From Sphaerodactylus townsendi (Eukaryota): a DNA stretch of 64,000 nt. The position numbers were made by a program, and so were the translations under genes. This document shows, piece after piece, positions 61,073 through 64,000 of the stretch (position 1 is the first letter of the stretch; every line of letters starts with the position of its first letter). The stretch spans positions 28,024,001 to 28,088,000 of the forward strand of contig NC_059438.1 in NCBI RefSeq assembly GCF_021028975.2. Reading direction: 5' to 3'. The notes below the pieces were generated by a model. That model did no database searches. It had not been told where the DNA came from and saw only the letters and a program-made list of their open reading frames with translations.

Positions 61073-61901
61073 TAGGCAAGGGCTAACCTGGCAAGGATGA
61101 ACACTTGACAGCAGTTGTGGTGTAGGGGTTAGAGTATTAGACCAGGGTCTGGGAGACCTAGGTTTGGATCCCCACTGTGCCATCCAAGCTTGCTGTCTGA
61201 CCCTAGGCCAGTCACACACTTTTAGCCTAGCCTACTTCGCAGGGTCATTGTGCAATTAAAATGGAGGAGAATTGTGTGGGCTACTTGGTGTTTCCATTGA
61301 AGAGAAATGTCAGGAATGAAGTTAGTAAGTAAGAAAAATAAATGAAATGCTTGCTGCTGAGAATGTTCTACTCCTGGGCCAGTTTTCTGTCCAAGCCTCC
61401 TTCGTGCCTGCTGAAGGTTGCCTAGTGAGCTGAAAAATAATTAGAACCCAGGTCTCTTGTGCCCAATCAGCAGTCCTACCAACATACAACTGTCCCATGG
61501 TTAGCTGGTTTGCAACCCAACTCCATTCTTGTGCTGCAGTCTCTCCCCATTCTGGATTGTCAGGGAAGTTACACAGTTGGGTCCTGCCAATACTTCAACC
61601 TTTTTTGGGGGGTGGTTTGAGCACTTTCCTCCCTTCTGTGGTTGTTCGTGGGAAGGATCTCAGCCTTCAGGCTTGCCTGGCCTGGTACCTGTAGCCCTCA
61701 GCTCTCTGTTATTAAAATGGTTTCCCTTTGTTCACTCTAGAAGCCTTGTTTCTCTTGAACAGAGGGTCAGATTTACACTGGAGTTCTTTCCCTGCCTTCA
61801 GCCGTGTACTGCCTTGAGCCCTTGATGCTTGACCCCCTTTGCTAGCAAGAAGATTCCCATGGTGAGGCCGAGTGATAATTTCCTCTTGTCTTCTTGGCTA
61901 G

Positions 61902-62046
61902 TCATTGCAGCACTGATGACGAAATCCACAGGAGCAGAGAGCAGTCACTGGTATGCTGACCGCAAGTTCACCATCAGCATCACGGCCTTCCTAGTCATCC
62001 TTCCCCTTTCAGTTCCTAAGGAGATTGGCTTCCAGAAATATGCCAG
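61902..62046 (+). CDS. SLC38A7: SLC38A7 third coding exon (145 bp; an in-frame alternative AG at 61910 is possible)
   Basis: ggctag|TCATTG...GCCAG|gtacct; (I)[47 protein letters not shown](S). Confidence 0.92.
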
Positions 62047-63256
62047 GTACCTGCAGGATGAGGCGGGGAAGGGCTGGACCGATGTGTGGCTGGCTCTCAG
62101 AATGGGGATTGTTTAGTGGTCTGCCAATTTTATTGCACAAAGGAGAACCTTTGTCCAATCTTCACAGCATGAAGAGTGCTGGCCACCTTGGTCGGTCTTG
62201 ATGGGACAAGGCAGGCTCAGTTGCTGGATGTATCTCAGGCTTCCGGGAGGGCCCTGTTAAGCTGCACTGTTCATATGAAGAACAATGGTGGGTGCTGCAT
62301 CCTTTGTAGTCTGGTGGCTCTGAAATTTTCCCTGAATGGTAGCTGCTGACTGGGAGCAGTTGGAACTTAGCAATGGCAGGGCCCAGTGAGAGTAATTTCC
62401 TGTAACACAAAACTCTGAGAACCATTCCTTTGAGTTTGCCTGAAGGAGTGTGGGATGAATGGTGCAGGATGAGCCTTCCAGTAGCATAGGAATTGTTGTA
62501 GGTGGATGGGAAACAAGTCTTCAGGGGCTATCCAAAGAGTGTGCTGGACATGGCAGAGAGGGTCCTACCTCTGGTCTCCACATACAGGCCCATCCCATGT
62601 GTGTAGGTGAGATCTCTATTCTAAAGCAGGGGCACTCACTCCACAGCTCATGGAGAGCCACATTTATAATCACTAGCAACCAGAAGCATTTGCTTCCATT
62701 TCTGGTGTGAATCCTGCAACTAAGGGAGGCTGACATCTTACCCATTCTTCTGATGGCAGCTCTTTTGAGGTGGGGCCCACCTGCCAACCACAAACACTAG
62801 CCAAGGGCCTTGTCCACTTGCCTGGACCATGGGGCAGGTGCCACACTGGGAAACAGTGCTCAGGTAGCATGCCAAAGAGCCACGGAGTCTCACTGGTGTG
62901 GAGCATCCCCTTTCATGAGACTGTGGGTGTTGCGTGTATATGTCTTGTGCATCTGCAAAATCCCCTGGCTGAATCTCTCTGCTCACCACTTCTAACAGTG
63001 GTGGCCCCTGTGACCACAATGCAAGGCTGGGAAAGCCACCCACACTGGCCTGTCACGATGCTGGTGCTTGAGTGCACGAGTGTGAGACCCCTTTACTCAG
63101 GACAGGCCTTAAAAGGCAGTAGGATCCATGTAACCGTGTCTGTTGCCCTCCATTTATATTCAGGGGTAATGCTACTGGTGCTCACTGGTCACAGCAACCC
63201 TGGAACAAGGTGGTCATGTAACTCTGTAACCTTTCTCTAACCTCCCTCTCCCTCAG

Positions 63257-63355
63257 CTGTTTGAGCGTGGTAGGAACCTGGTACGTTACTGCTGTCATCG
63301 TTGCCAAATACATCTGGCCCGACCAGGAGGTCGTCCCGAAGGAAATCCCAACCAG
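63257..63355 (+). CDS. SLC38A7: SLC38A7 fourth coding exon (99 bp); the gene continues beyond the window
   Basis: cctcag|CTGTTTG...ACCAG|gtaaac; [32 protein letters not shown](R/S). Confidence 0.93.
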
Positions 63356-63696
63356 GTAAACTGGGAGTGGCAGTTCTTGAAATACAGTGGAGACCATTAG
63401 GGGAGCAAATTTGGAGACTTTACCAGTTGGTTCTTATGTTGTACGCAAAGGCAGTAGAGGGCATTTTGTTTTTGCTGGAGTGCCCCGCAGGAGAATCTCC
63501 AATTTATGAGTGAAATGTGATTAGAAAGAGCTTAAAGTTCTCAGGTGGCCAACAGCCACACACCCCACACCCCATGGAGCCTTTCTTGTGACTCAGCATC
63601 ATCTTGATGCATGGAACCATTCCCTTCACAGGCCACCTTCTGGACAGAAGGAGGGCAGCTGTCTGAAAGCCAGTAAGAAACTGTATGAAGAATTTG

Positions 63697-64000
63697 AAGA
63701 AAAAGAGTTTGGATTTATACCCACCCACCCCCCACCCCCGTCTCCTGTAAGGAGACTCAAAGGGGCTCACAATCGCCTTTCCCTTCCCCCCCCCCCACAA
63801 CAAACACCCTGTAAGGTAGGTGGGGCTGAGAGAGCTCTGAAGAACTGTGACTAGCCCAAGGTCACCCAGCTGGCTTGTGTTGCACAAACTAATCTGATTC
63901 ACCAGCCAATCTGATCTTCCAGCTCCACAGCTCAAGTGGCAGAGCGGGGAATCAAACCCGGTTCCTCCAGATTAGAGTGCACCTGCTCTTAACCACTACG
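63697..64000 (-). mobile_element. Squam3-like SINE running off the window end
   Basis: gagtttggatttatacc...ggggaatcaaacccggttcc...cttaaccactacg. Confidence 0.88.

Overview
Eukaryotic (vertebrate) genomic DNA, not microbial. The repeat content points to a squamate reptile, probably a gecko (inference). Three intron-containing genes lie in tandem on the + strand: CALB2/calretinin (exons 2-11; exon 1 is upstream of the window), a complete 10-exon GOT2 (mitochondrial aspartate aminotransferase, 422 aa) and the 5' part of SLC38A7/SNAT7 (promoter plus the first four coding exons). All coding-exon boundaries were read directly (GT-AG, consistent phases). Most of the supplied ORF track is chance ORFs or TE remnants. 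Introns and the intergenic region are dense in tRNA/CORE-type SINEs, Sauria-type SINEs, L1/L2/CR1/Rex1/RTE-X/Penelope fragments, hAT/Tigger/Harbinger MITEs and two solo LTRs. I see no clearly new biological system. The best leads are: a sense-strand 5'-half 7SK RNA copy in GOT2 intron 6; a promoter-like CCAAT/GC/E-box cluster inside GOT2 intron 1; a stop-free in-frame 87-nt CALB2 intron 8; a Gly-to-Cys change in calretinin EF-hand 4; a palindromic MITE carrying the same ZNF143-type motif as the SLC38A7 promoter; a three-level SINE/LTR/L2 nest at the GOT2 promoter; and exon-like remnants in the CALB2-GOT2 interval. TE family names and human comparisons come from recalled sequences, not database searches.
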